DNA of 64,000 bases from assembly GCA_013265495.1 (NCBI GenBank), contig MU058531.1, positions 736,678-800,677 of the forward strand, written 5' to 3'. Source of the DNA: Vicugna vicugna. Taxonomy: Eukaryota. The translations under genes were made by a program, and so were the position numbers. The notes below the pieces were generated by a model, which saw nothing but the letters and a program-made list of their open reading frames with translations, did no database searches and was not told the origin of the DNA. This document shows, in pieces, positions 38,670 through 51,571 of this stretch. Each line of letters starts with the position of its first letter. Position 1 is the stretch's first letter.

Positions 38670-39282
38670 TCCACAGGCTGAATCCATTCTGCAGAAATTA
38701 GGTCTCATCCACCAAAAACTGGGTGATGTATATTATGTGCACTTAGGATGTTTCCATATCTTGGCAATTATAAATAATGTTGCTGTTAATAGCAGGCTAT
38801 ATATATCTTTTTGAATTAATTCTTATTTTGTGGTTGGCTTGATTCCTTAAAGTATGTAAGTTTAAAAAGCTAAAGCTCTAAACATTCTTAGAAACAATGA
38901 ACAGTACATATATGCAAATTAAAAAAAATGTGCAGTATGTTGTGTACATGTATTTACATGAAATATATTGTCTATGTGCAGTCAAATTGTAATAATTCTA
39001 CCTAATAAAACTGAAAAATGAAAAAAAAAATTGGGTGATGTAAAGTAAGAAGCCAGACATCTTTATTTTGTTTTACAGAAATCAGAATATCTGGCAACAC
39101 TACTCCTATGCTTCAACATGCCAAAAACGAGCTAGGACTGGGGAGCAGCTAAGCCCTTGGAGAGGGTGCCTGGGCTGCAGTTCATCACAACCCCCACACC
39201 ACTCACTACCCACTGCCCAGCTCACTTAACCTCGTTTGTGTTGCCTGCTGGACCTCTGGCAGCATGTGAGCTTAAGACCCTG
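38670..39282 (-). mobile_element. MER102-like hAT-Charlie element interrupted by a retroposed insertion
   Basis: 'atctggcaacact', 'gcagctaagccc', 'cctgctggacctctggcagcatgtgagcttaagaccctg' resemble reverse MER102. Confidence 0.6.
38731..39031 (+). mobile_element. TSD-flanked L1-mediated insertion with 5' inversion
   Basis: TSD TGGGTGATGTA (38720-38730 / 39032-39042). First ~100 bp are antisense L1; the rest ends in AATAAA and poly(A). Confidence 0.7.
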
Positions 39283-40189
39283 AACAGACAGAGGCTGAGA
39301 TTACAGAAATAATCTCCATATTTATGTTGACAACGTGAGGTCAAAGTGAGACCAAAAAAAAAAAAAAAAAAAAAAAAGGACTTGTGTTAGGAGATTTAAA
39401 AATTAGAAGAATTGTAATTAAAAGAAAATAAAAGGAAAGAACACATTCAGCTTTTCTGCTTCAGTAACTTCCATTCTAACTAGCTTGAATATGGCTTTTT
39501 TTTTTTTAACCATCAGACGGGAAACCACGGCAGAATGGTCAATACCATGCATTCAGTTAAAACTCTCTGCCTACTTAGGTATAACAGTACTGGATACAGG
39601 TGGTAACGGGGCCACCATGTCATAGAGCTAACTTTCTAGTGCAAAAGTTTTCAAGGATGTACTTCAGGGACCACAGTCTGATGCCCTGCCCTGCCCTGCC
39701 CTGGTGAACAAAGTGGGTGGCTTATTCACCCCCAGACGGAAAGGTGTGAGCCCAGTGAGGAGACCCTACGGGAACAGCCCACCAGAAACCAATTCCTGTA
39801 CTCCATCACAGACTTTTGTTCCTTTCAAAAGCCACAGCATTCTTTAGGGCATGATCTCATCTCTGGAGACTAATGAAAATACATTATTTCTAAGAGATGC
39901 AAATTTTTACTTTAATATTATGGGAAAATAGGGACACTTTAGACCATAAAATGTGCATTTTATGCTTTGGTGAGAAAGATTTTTAAACATGCCCTGTCAG
40001 CCAAAAAATAAATAGCTTCATAAAACTGCCCTAGAGAAGATGAAAAGGTTTTAACTGTAAGAACAAAATCTTCTAAGGCATTAAATAGCCCAGAAAAAGC
40101 AATTATTGACTATAATATTATGTTCTTCGCAATACTTAGAGATCCTCTAGAACATTCCTTTCCATACAGGTGCACAAGGTACTCGACAT

Positions 40190-41577
40190 TGTGTTAGTTT
40201 CCCATTGCTGTGAGAAACAAGCAATTCTCCAAGGAAGACATACAAATGATCAATAGGCACATGAAAAAATGCTCAATATCACTAATTATCAGAGAAATGC
40301 AAATCAAAACTACAGTGAGGTATCACCTCACACCAGTCAGAATGGCCATCATTCAAAAGTCCACAAATGATGAATGCTGGAGAGGCTGTGGAGAAAAGGG
40401 AACCCTCCTACACTGCTGGTGGGAATGTAGTTTGGTGCAGCCACTGTGGAAAACAGTATGGAGATTCCTCAAAAGACTAGGAATAGACTTACCATATGAC
40501 ACACAATAATCCTGCTCCTGGGCATATTTCCAAAAGGAACCCTACTTCAAAAAGACACCTGTACCCCAATGTTCATAGCAGCACTATTTACAATAGCCAA
40601 GATATGGAAACAGCCTAAATGTCCATCAACAGATGACTGAATAAAGAAGAGGTGGTATATTTATACAATGGAATACTACTCAGCCATAAAAAGGATAACA
40701 TAATGCCATTTGCAGTAACATGGATGTCTCTGGAGAATGTCATTCTAAGTGAAGTAAGTCAAAGAGAAAGAAAAATATCATATGAGATCATTCATATATG
40801 GAATCTAAAAAAAAGAACATAAAATAGAAAACAAAAAGACTCAGACATAGAATACCAACTTGTGGTTGCCACAGGGGAGGGGAGTGGGAAGGGACAGACT
40901 GGGAGTTTGAAATTTGTAGATACTGACAGGCATATGTAGAATAGATAAACAAGACTATACTGTATAGCACAGGGAAATATATACAAGATCTAGTGGTAGC
41001 TCACAGTGAAAAAGAATGTGACAATGAATATATGTATGTTCATGTATAACTTAAAAATTGTGCTCTACACTTGAAATTGACACAACATTGTAAACTGACT
41101 ATAACTCAATAAAAAAAAGTGACATGACAGTTAAATACAAAAAAAAAAAAGAAAGAAACTTCATGGCTTAAAACATCAGTAATATATTATCTCACATCAC
41201 TTGAAGTCAGAAGTCCTAAAAATCAAGGGTTTTGTAGGGCTACTTTCCCTCTGGATACTGTAAGGGAAGATCTATCCCCTTCTTGTATCCAGCTGCTAGA
41301 GGTCACTTACCTGTCTTAGCTCATGAACCCCTTCCTCCATCTTTAAAGCCAGCAGTGTAGCAACATCGAGTCTCCCTATGACTCTGATCCTCTTACCTCC
41401 CTCTGATGAAGCCTTGTGATTACATAGGCCCTCCTAGATAATCAATGTTCTTAATTTAATCTCATCTTCAAAGTCCTTTATTCCCATGTAAGGTAACATA
41501 TTCACAGGGTCTGGGAAGGAGGATATGGCTATCTTTTGGAAGGGCGGTGGGAGTACATGTCATTCTGCCTATGAGAC
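40190..41577 (-). mobile_element. MLT1 (C/D-like) LTR split by a young L1
   Basis: 'tgtgttagtttcccattgctg' at 40190 resumes as 'catggcttaaaaca...aaggtaacatattcacagg' after 41160. Confidence 0.8.
40219..41153 (+). mobile_element. Young 5'-truncated LINE-1 (ORF2 C-terminus, 3' UTR, poly(A))
   Basis: ORF 40210-40509 reads '[22 protein letters not shown]...[18 protein letters not shown]', the cysteine-rich C-terminal region of L1 ORF2p. Disrupted downstream. Short TSD AGAAAC (40213-40218 / 41154-41159). Confidence 0.95.
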
Positions 41578-42039
41578 ATATTGATTGGAGTTGTCAGATA
41601 ACAAACCCTGACAGTAAGGAAGGTAATTGGAATAAAAGTGCATTTAGGGGGCTCTCGGGGTGGTTTCAGACAAAACTCAATCACTTAAGGAGGAACATTC
41701 TCTTCTACTCTAATTTCATACTTTGAATCTTTCATACTTTTAATCCACTCATACATAATTCAAATATTTTTTCTTAGAAACACATTTATTTCAATCTTGT
41801 AGACACAAATGAGATCAAATGAACAAAAATGGATAAATATTTAGTGAATATTGCACTGTGATTTTTGACTAGCATGATCTTATTAAATACTCAAGTATTT
41901 TAAATGACAAAAAACATGGAGCTATTGTTAAGGTAGTGGTTGTATTAATATGCTACATGGTTAAGTGAGAATGTGATTCTCTAGTCCCTAATGGGAGACC
42001 AGGACCGTCAGATACAGTCAACACTGCTCTGTGTGTAAA

Positions 42040-42215
42040 ATAGTAATAGTTAACACTACACAGTGCTTACTATGTTCCTTATGAAGTGATTCCTACGATT
42101 ACCCTTATTTTACAGATGAGGAAATGGAGGCACGGAAAACTGATTTATTTCAAATTTTAAGCCTAGCAAGTGGTGTCAGAGATTAGAACCCATGTGTTCT
42201 GCTTCAGAGCCAGAA
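42040..42215 (-). mobile_element. MIR SINE
   Basis: 'attttacagatgaggaaatggaggcac...gattagaaccca'. Confidence 0.75.
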
Positions 42216-43254
42216 GTTAAAAAGGTCTAGAAGTTTCTTTCACCTGTCTTAAGGAAATAAATTTGACATTTCCTCTATGCAGATCAAGATATTACAGTTT
42301 GTGTTAATTTTCTTTGCATTAACCCCCAAACCTTCAAACACACATTATTATTTAGGTTTGGAACTGTTCTAATTTGGAATTGATAGAGCTGACCATGCAC
42401 AGCTTAAAAAAATACTACGTTTGTTGATGAAATAGAGAAAGGAGGAATGAGGAGGACAGTACCTTTCACATATATTCACACACACATTCGTTTAAAACAA
42501 AAAGTAAACCAAAACAAACAACTCTTTGCTGAGAAAAAAGTCATCAAAGGAGTGCTTTCCATTAAAATATTTGTTTCAAGTTGTCCCACTCACCTCCAAG
42601 ATCCCATGACCAAGACACCCTCTACCTTCCTGAAGCTGATGGTTAAAGCTCCTCACGGCTAAAGGAATGGGGAATGTTCGATGAAGAAGCATCAGTGCTT
42701 CAAACAAACCTCCTAAGGCTCACCATGCTTGTTTTAAGTGTCCCTCTCTCACCTTCCACACGAACTCTGCTACCTAATACTTTGCATCCAAACCATTTGT
42801 CTTTAGTTTCCTGAATATGGAATTTGTTTCTAACATGGTGGCTTCTTCACACAACATTTCACAATGAAAATTGGTATTTTGTGGATGGTCATAGATAGCT
42901 CCACTCCTTCCCTTCTGAAGCAAGTGATGAACGCATGCACATACACAGTCAAGAAGAAATAAAAAAGAGGGGTTGTTCACCTCCAACAGATCCCAGTTTA
43001 AACTAACATAAAGCTCGCCTAACATAGTTAATGTAAAAAACCATAAAACATTTCTTATGTTATAGAGCTAATGGAAGACAACGTTTGGAGCTGGGAGATG
43101 TTCCAGAGGTCATCTTGATCATCCTTCACATTTTCCTACCAAGGAAATGCAAATTCAAGAGGGAAAAAATTTGCAAAAGAGTCCTTAGAAGAGTCCATAC
43201 TGAAGTTAGACATCAGATTGCAGACACTGGCTCATGCTTATACCTTAATGACAA

Positions 43255-43460
43255 CTTAATAATGATGGGAATATTAACAACCAATGTTTTTTGAGTATTT
43301 CATCGTGCTAGGCACTTCACATGCATTCATTTATTTATATTCCCTATACTCCACAGAGGTCAGGTTTTATTAGTAGTCCTTCCTTACAAGAAAAGGAAAG
43401 TTAAAGTAACTTCAGTAAGGCTGTGTGTCTAATGAGTGGCAAGCTGTGCTTAGAAGCCAA
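43255..43460 (-). mobile_element. MIR SINE
   Basis: 'ttttgagtatttcatcgtgctaggcacttcacatgcatt...aagtaactt...ctaatgagtggc'. Confidence 0.6.
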
Positions 43461-44089
43461 GTTGACGCTGCAAGCTGAGCTCTGAACTGCTATGCTGTGC
43501 ATAAACAACCGGCACAAAAAGAGATGCTGGTGCTGCACACATGCGCACACGTACACACACACACATCCCCATCAATAACAAGCTGTTCTCTTGGTTGCTT
43601 TTTCCTAACTTACTTTCAGATGTAGCTCCCTTGAAATAGTTTCTCTCCTGCTCATTCTTACCTCCTTTTAACTTGATCCAGGCCTGAAACACAAGAACCT
43701 TTCGCTGCATTGCCACTATTTTTTTTAATCAGCACGAGTAGCAAACCAGATTGCAATGCTTGCCAGCAACAGCTCCGTGATCTCTGCATCAGTACTTCAT
43801 GGCAGTTTAGCGCTTTAAAATCTCAAAATTGCCAGGCTAATATTTTTTAGCTCGGCAATTATGGAAGTCATTAAATCCATGTCAATAGAAGAAACCCTTG
43901 AAAGGTTTACAATTGATACACTAAAGAGGAAAACCAAATGCTTTGGGGGTAGATCCTAAATGGTAAGAATATTTTCTAGGGAAAAAAAGTCCTATTATGA
44001 GGGAAATATATACCTTCATGTCTTTCTATGTTTGTGTCTTCTGAGTCCTATTTGTCAGAATAGGAAGGAAACTATTATGAGACAGGGCT

Positions 44090-44270
44090 TTGTACAATCA
44101 TTTCACTCTTCCAACAGTATTGCCAAGTAACTATTATCGTCCACATATTCCCAGGTAATTTGGGGGAAAATGGAGGCTCAGAGAGATGAAGAAATTTACC
44201 AAGCTAGTAAATGGCAACTGTAGAGTTGTACCCAGGTTTTTTCTGACCCAAAGTCTTATTGCAGTCTAAC
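44090..44270 (-). mobile_element. MIR SINE
   Basis: 'ggaaaatggaggctcagagagatgaag...gctagtaaatggca...cccaggttttttctgacccaaagtc'. Confidence 0.6.
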
Positions 44271-45338
44271 ACGCCACAGCCAGGAGGGAACGCTTTTCTG
44301 TATGGGCATAGCAGGTCTCTTCTATTCAAAGCACAGTGCACCTTAGTGGGTGTACCTTTCACAGCATCTGTACAAGTCCTGCTATCCCCACAATGATTGC
44401 CAAAGCAACAGGTTAATGCCAAAGGACTTCTTGGTGGTAGATGTGGAGGGTTGGAATGACCGGAAGGCCAAAACCCTTGTAATCTAAAGCAATTTCCCAT
44501 GTAAACCTCAGACAAGCTAAGATCATCTTTATTCTTAAAGGCATGCAGAAGACCTCTTTTTAAGAAGTTTGTATTGGTTTGTCGATTTCCTGTTTCTCAG
44601 GTCCTCACAAATAGGAATCCATCAGTAGTGACCATGACAACAAATTCTCTGCACTGAGGCCTCGTCCTCTCTCTGCTTAGCAGGCACCCAGGGGAGTAGA
44701 AAGAAGACATACACACACTATTTTTCTGAAAGGCACTTTTTCAGTATAGCTCTGGTTTCGGTTTCAAAAACCATCTGAATTGCTCATTATAGACTTTCTA
44801 AGTAAGTCCTTTTTGAGGGTTAAGGACTTTCAATCCACTTACAGCTTTATGGCAAAGGAATTTCAGAATAAGTCATTTTCTTCTAAAAGACATCGTAAAG
44901 CTAAGTATATTTGAAATGATACTGGTTTAAGGATAACAATTTGAAGTGATTTAACAGGGAGATTTTGACCTTCTGGAATGTGCATCTATAGTTCTAAGTA
45001 TGTGAATCAGCTACAAAGCTCATTATTTCCATATCCTAAAGCCCCGAAAAATGCCCTCATGAAGGCAGGCATGCCTTGCTGACCATCTGAAGACAAAGGC
45101 CATGGCTGGAGGAACTGCTGGTCTTTCCCCAATTCCAGTTATTTCCCTGAGCCTTCTTAGCTGTGGACCCTCTGGCCTCAACCTCCAGCTGCCTCTCCCA
45201 ACTAAAGACGCATCTTCACCTTGAAGTGGATTCCACAGCAGCTCCCGCCCCACATGGTGACATTTCTCTAAAACCACACCAGAGCACCATCCTTCAGCTT
45301 TGGGCTCTTTCATTTCAGGGAGAGCAATCTTAGAAGCA

Positions 45339-45528
45339 CAATTGACCCTTGAACAACATGGAGGTTAGGAGAATCTATACTCCATGCAGTCAAAAATCTG
45401 TCACTTAGTCAGAACCACCACATTCACAGCTGCTAGGTGTCTGTGGTTCCCCATGGGTAAGTTCAGCCAACTGCAGATCAAGTGTACTACAGCATTTACT
45501 GTTGAAAAAAATCCACAAGTGGACCCGT

Positions 45529-45529
<1 letters not shown>
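45339..45529. mobile_element. TcMar-Tigger MITE (Tigger2/MER8-like)
   Basis: TIR-like 'caattgacccttgaacaaca' and 'ttgaaaaaaatccacaagtggacccgtg'. The second TIR is replaced by (CA)n. Confidence 0.7.

Positions 45530-45530
<1 letters not shown>

Positions 45531-45568
<38 letters not shown>
45531..45568. repeat. (AC)n microsatellite
   Basis: 19 perfect AC units. Confidence 0.97.
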
Positions 45569-45572
<4 letters not shown>

Positions 45573-45719
45573 GTACGTGGTGGCAATACGAGTATTTCCA
45601 AGTTTCCTTTTTCTTTATATTATTCTCTATAACAAGATTTGGTAATAACTTTTTTTTTTTTTTGGTTTATGTGTAAAAAGATGAAAGAAAGCATAGAAAC
45701 AAGGATAAAAGTGAGTGTG

Positions 45720-46015
45720 AGTAAAACACTTCACATCCTTCAGGCCATTCTCAGATGTCACCTGATCAATGTCAGCTTGCTTGGCCCTGTTTTTAGAATT
45801 GTAAGCCCCACCCTTGACACTCACTATCCCCTCTCCTGTTTATCTCCATAGCACACCCTTGTAAATCATCTAACATGTCATATTTTTATTTTTCACTTTG
45901 TTTTTGCCTTTTCTCTCCATAGAAGGTCAGCTCCCTGAGGACAGGGACTTGAATTTGCTCACTGCTGCACCCCTGGTGGTTCCTAGAACAGTGCCTGGCC
46001 CTACAAGATAGATGT
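45720..46015 (+). mobile_element. L2 3' region
   Basis: 'ctcagatgtcacct...agctccctgaggacagggact...cctagaacagtgcctggc'. Confidence 0.75.
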
Positions 46016-47879
46016 TCAAAAACTATCTTCAGAATGCCTGACTATAAAGGAACGGCTCAGACCAGTAATAAGAGTCAAGGGAAATAGATTCTCTAATGAG
46101 CAAGACTTGTAAAAATGCTTACAGCAATAAAAAAGGGGACATGGCGAGAGGTAAATAGCATTCAGAGCAAGAAGATAAAAATTTGACAGGGCACTGATCA
46201 AGATGAAGCAGGGTTAGATGATGAGGGGAAAAAAAAATCAAACTTCTCACTTGTGACTTCACTTCTCTCTCTGTAAAGGATGATAGTGAGGAAAGGTAGA
46301 ATTAGAGCTGAAATAAGGACACTGAAAACAAAAGTTAAGTGGGAAGGATATAAAAGACCTCCATTTGCTCTGCACGAGCTCTGGCCTCAATGACCCTATT
46401 GCTGTTTCTGGGAGGACTTCCATCTGCTCCATCCATAACACATGGTGCTACCTGGTAACATCACAATTTATTATAATCAATAATCACTCATTTATAGAAG
46501 GTCAAATATTCAAGCATAAGATTCTCTGTTTACTATTGGAGCCTCAGTGCCCATTCTAGCACAGAGTTCTCAATAAGTATGTTTTATTCATTACTTAACT
46601 ACAGATGAGGGTAGTAAGGAAATGTGCAAATTAATATATTGATCCACCTGAAGAGAATATCAAAAATTACAGGAGATTGGAAAAGTAAACAATAGAGAGC
46701 AGACAACTGCTCAATTCTTAACAAAAGTAGAGTTAATTTTTGGTAAAATGTTCACTAATGTATTTTGTTGTTGATCTCAGGCCAAATTCTTTACTGACTA
46801 ACTGAACAGAGACTCTGAGTATGTACTTCAGAAAATAAGTGGTGATCAATTGGCACAGTCGTGGGTTCACCTAGAAATGCTCTTGCCCAGCTGCCAGATT
46901 TCCTTCTTGTCTACAGTTAGTAAACGTTTTAAAGAACTGCCAGAAACTTTTGATTTCTGCAAGACATTGAACAAGGGCTCACGTGATATCTTTGTTGACC
47001 GTATCCTGCATACAATAAATACTTGATAATAGTCAACTGGGCAAATGCTTGCAAAAAAACAGTATTAACTGAACCATTTCCTTCCAACATTTTTTGGTGA
47101 TTCTTTTTCTTTTATTAATCCATGTTCCTCTACCTTAAGGAACACATTTCCTCTTACCTGCCAAGGTGGTTAACCCTTTGTTGAAATCATTCCAGGTATA
47201 CTATTGTACTCTAGTTACAGGACTTGAGAATTTCTTTACATCAAACATTGGGCAAGAAGGAAGCTTGGTTTCATCTACTAGTCTGGCTTGGAGAAGACTG
47301 AAACAGGTCAAGGGATGCAACAAAGTAAATAGATACTAGAGGTCAAGACTGGTAGGTTTGTCTTTTTTTTCTTTCTTTGCATCCCTTCCAAGTCAAACCC
47401 CAGTTGCATTCCCATCACCCTTTTGCAACCCTGGTATCTGCATAGAAAGAATATCAACCTGATAAATTTATAATACTAAGGTGTTAAGGATTGAATGCTT
47501 TATCACTGTGGGACATTTGTTTTACATTAAAGGAAGATGACAGAGGGTAATTACTTACATGCAGTGACTGACTTATAAAGGTATAGACAACGATGTGCAT
47601 TCACACAAACTCAAACTCACTTCCTCCCATTCTCTAATACATACAGATGCTCTGGGCAGATCTACACAAACACACACATCACTCTTACCCATGAAGTGAC
47701 ACAGGAAGCCCTGCATGAATTCTTGCTCCTTTGGCTATGTGTGCTTGAGTAGAAAAGCACTCAAGTGGGAGTTAGGAAGCTTGGACGCTTGTCTTGGATT
47801 TTCTACTCTAAAGGTGCAAGTCAGCCCCCTTCCTGGACGCTAGTTTCCTTGTAAGATGAAATGGATTTAGCACAGGAAA

Positions 47880-48425
47880 TAAAGTGTTGACAGAGCTGCT
47901 GGAAGGTTGAAGAAGCAGACTCCAGGCCAGCCTCTTGGAAAGTCTCCAGAACAACACAGAACTGACCCCCTAACCTAAGGAAGCCACTGCTTCTGAGGTC
48001 ACCACTGGAGTTATGCAGGCCTGCATCTGGAGTCTCCACTCACTGTGCAGCAGCCTATGAACCTTAGCCAAGTGGAGAACAGACACCCAGACCGGCAATT
48101 CCACAGATTAGTCAGGTCCAGAAGCTGCCCCTGCACTCACTAATTATCAACGGCCAAAGGACTAGAAAATGAACAATGCAATCTGCTGTTGGAAAAATCA
48201 CATTCTTGCTGGCTAGCACAGACAACCGGGAGCCACACAGAAGAGGACTCTGCCCATTCTCCCTCCAAATCTCATGCAAAGGAATCCTGGTGAAATGTAT
48301 GTCAGGTCCAGATTCTTGGTTAATCCTGGGAAGACAACTTTTAGCTGTCTAACTTTGTGATACAGATAAGCACACGGAAGAGATTAGGACCGAATGTTGA
48401 ATGCCGAGGAACAATATCCAGCACT
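47880..48425. mobile_element. Ancient LTR-like remnant
   Basis: Shares 'agaa(c/g)aa(c/t)acagaactgaccc' with ~27975-28000, suggesting the same old LTR family. Family not determined. Confidence 0.35.
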
Positions 48426-48509
48426 GGTATGTTCTGAAAATACAAGAAGCCATTTCAGAAGCTAGAGAGTTCCCACCACTGGAGAAGTACAGAAACCAGA
48501 TAACCTATT

Positions 48510-48702
48510 GTCAGCAGTGGTGTAGATGAGACTGTTTTTGCCCAGAAATTTGCAGACCTTACTGCCTATTTTAATCCACTGGCCTCATTTCCAAAGATTC
48601 AGTGGGTCTGTGATCAGTCTGTGGTCGGTCCCAGGGATCTGTATTTGTAAAATTCCCCTTTGTGATTGTGAGATATGGCTGGAATTAAGAACATTTGACT
48701 AT
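48510..48702. mobile_element. MER5-like hAT-Charlie element
   Basis: 'cagtctgtggtcggtcccagggatctgtatttgtaaaattcccc...ttaagaacatttg'. Confidence 0.55.
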
Positions 48703-49066
48703 AATGACCAAGATCATTTCCAGCCCTATTTATAAGTCCTTGACTCTAGACTCTTAGGTCTGTACAACTGTGTGTGCCACATACTTCCAGTACAAGAATT
48801 CAAATGTTATCTTCAGGTGAACACGGATCCTTGAGAAATTGCAGGCTGTAAACAAGGATGTTAATTCTGCTAATTTATTTGAAAACAATCTGGTTATCAA
48901 CTATTTTGTGGTAATAGAAATTAGTTCCAAGGATATTCTAACTCAAGGCATTCTTTCACAGGAAGAATTCGTGACTATAGAGAGTATCTGGAGGGAATTT
49001 TTTTTCCTGTAGAGGATTTACAGGCCAATAGAATAGAGAAAATAACGGTGAGCCGTTCCTATGTGA

Positions 49067-49238
49067 AAGGCGTTTGAAGATTTTTTTTTTATTTTTTGGG
49101 TGAATTGGCTCATCTTGATGGTGTCTGGGGATTTATCCTCTGCACGAATAGAAGGCGTTTAAAGATTTTTTTTTTTTTATTTTTTGGGTGAATTGGCTCA
49201 TCTTGATGGTGTCTGGGGATTTATCCTCTGCACAAATA
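49067..49238. repeat. ~85-bp tandem duplication
   Basis: Copy 1 is 49067-49151 and copy 2 is 49152-49238. They differ in poly(T) length (10 vs 13) and two internal substitutions. Confidence 0.95.
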
Positions 49239-50023
49239 TCAGATCCAGTGCTCTTGCATGTTTGTCCTTGAAGGGTTGGTAAATGTTTGGCTGAGCAGAA
49301 CAACAAATACAAACAGGTTTTATCATTGGTATTACAAGCAGTGACTCAAAATGATTATCTTATTGAATTTACAGCTAAAATTCAGATTTGTTACACTACA
49401 GTAAGTGCAGGACTTTCACTGGGGTAGCAGGTCCTGGTGAAGAAGACACATGTAACATGAAGGCCTGGGTTACCGCCTATATACCAGACAGATTTCTGTG
49501 AAGCTTCCATTTGAGGAAGACTACGTGCAGGGGACCAAGGACGTGGACTAGAATCTTAGAGGTACCCAGGAACAGAAAAATTGGCTTTGGCTTCAAGAAT
49601 GTTCATACATAGTTCGGATGGAAAAATGAGAGAGGGGCCTGCAGGTGCATTTTTTGCAACTCTGCTTAATTTTTTAAAAATCCTATGTCCACCCAAAACC
49701 AAGCTTTATATTCTGAAGGCAAAACACACTTCAGTCAAGGGGAAAAAAAAGCCTTGGTTCATTAATGTTTGGTGCTGGAGAGTACAAAGTTATATACACT
49801 GAAGTTTATAACCACATGTGAGTTTACATCAGACTACTGACCTTCTTTTCCTTTTTAGTTTCTTTACATCAAGATCATGCTCTAATAATGACTCTTTTGT
49901 TTATCTGTCCTTTCAGAGTTTTTCAACATGCTTGAACCAAATACGATCCTTCCTCTTATCAATTTTTAGGTCACAATTACTAAGCTGTGAAGAAAATAAG
50001 ATGGGAAGAAAAGTTTGCCCAAA

Positions 50024-50526
50024 GTGGTGAGCGGAATCATAGCCCTTAAATATGCACACACCTGTAGCCCTGGAACCTATGAAAGACCCAATTACCTTGC
50101 ACGGCAAAGGGATTATGAAAATGTGATTAAGGGTAGAAGCCTGAGATGGTAAAATTATCCTGGATTATCTGATGAGCCCAATCTCTTCACATGAGTTAAT
50201 ATCCATAACTTTTCCCAGCTGAATTGATCAGAAAGATGTTACCTGAAAAGGGCTCAATCTGCCACTGCCAGCTGTGAAAGTGGGAGAAGGGGACCACAGC
50301 CAAGAAGGCAGGCCACCCCTAGGAAACAGAAAAGGCAAGGAAGTGAATACTCTCCTAGGACTCCCAGAAAGGAATGCAGCTGGGCCAACGTCTTGATTTT
50401 AGTTGAGTGAGGTCTGTGTTGAACTCCCGCCCTACAGAACTGTAAGATACTGAATTTTAAGCATCACTATATTAATTAAGCCACTAAGACTGTTGTAATT
50501 TGTTGCAGCAGGAATAGACTAAAACA
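50024..50526 (+). mobile_element. MLT1D-like LTR
   Basis: 'cctggaacctatgaa...ttatcctggattatc...gaaaaggcaaggaa...cctacagaactgtaagata...ttaagccactaag'. Confidence 0.85.
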
Positions 50527-50913
50527 TCCACTATCTTTCCCGTCCATGATTGATACTGTTTCATCATAGAGTAGCAGGGGCTGATAAACGATGTTGTCTA
50601 CTGTTACAGGGAAAGTTAACAGTTTAAAAAGAAGTTTGGATGAAGCAGGCAGAACATTTCGTTTGCAGCTGAAGGCATGACTCAACCAACAAGTAGCAAC
50701 ATGACCTTGGAAAAAACTCAACTTTTCTGAGGCTTAATATTTTAGATACTGAGAATAGTAAGACTTGCTCATTTTACAAAATAGTTGAAAATATCAGATT
50801 TAAAAGGGGATATGAACATGCCCTGCATATATATTATACTCCATAAAGAACCATACTGCTCGTTACATTTTTCTCCAAGAAAATACGTATTTCCACTATA
50901 ACATTTATCAAAC

Positions 50914-51520
50914 TGATGGCAGAAATGACTGTTTCTCAATATCCGTTCTTCCCTTCTGTTCTTATACAAGCATCTCTCTAGTTTTGATTGGGAACACGGC
51001 AACCAAGCCATGTGCTCCAGCTTCCTTTGTAAACAGGGATGATCACTTGACTAAGTTTTAACCAACAGGACATTAGTGACAACTGAAGTGTACAACGTTT
51101 AGAAAATTCCCTTAAAAGGAGGATGTTGACCTCTGCTTCTTCCTTCCCTGTTCCCGTAGGCTGGAATGGCTGTGACAGCACAGAGTCAGCATTCATCGTG
51201 TATGTGGTGAGTACTTATATTTATTCACACATATATCATCATGGCAACAGCAAGAGTTGAATAATTCCAACAAAGCCCACATGATCTGCAAAGACTGAAA
51301 TATTTACCACTAGCCCTTTACAGATAAAGCATACTGGCCTCTGCCCAAGCAATAGGAAATCAAAAAACAGATAAAATCTGGGTCTTTGGACAACATCCTA
51401 GAGCAGAGATGCTTGTCCCCTCTGACTATCAGCTTGCTTGGATTTTTATGTGAATCAGATAAACTTCCTATATTGTTTAATACACCGCTGTATCCATTAC
51501 AGTGGGCATCGTAAACTAGA
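50914..51520 (+). mobile_element. MLT1J-like LTR with a nested MER58-like fragment (~51240-51345)
   Basis: 'ttcttcccttc...tgactaagtttta...ctggaatggc' (MLT1J-like); 'gagttgaataatt...gcaaagactgaaatatttaccactagccctttacaga' (MER58-like). Confidence 0.55.
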
Positions 51521-51571
51521 AATAGTAATAGGAACGATGATGATGATGATGACAGCTAACATTTTTTTTGA

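Noticed and set aside
40210..40509. 99-aa ORF as a host gene
   Set aside because: It is a truncated L1 ORF2p C-terminus, disrupted downstream.
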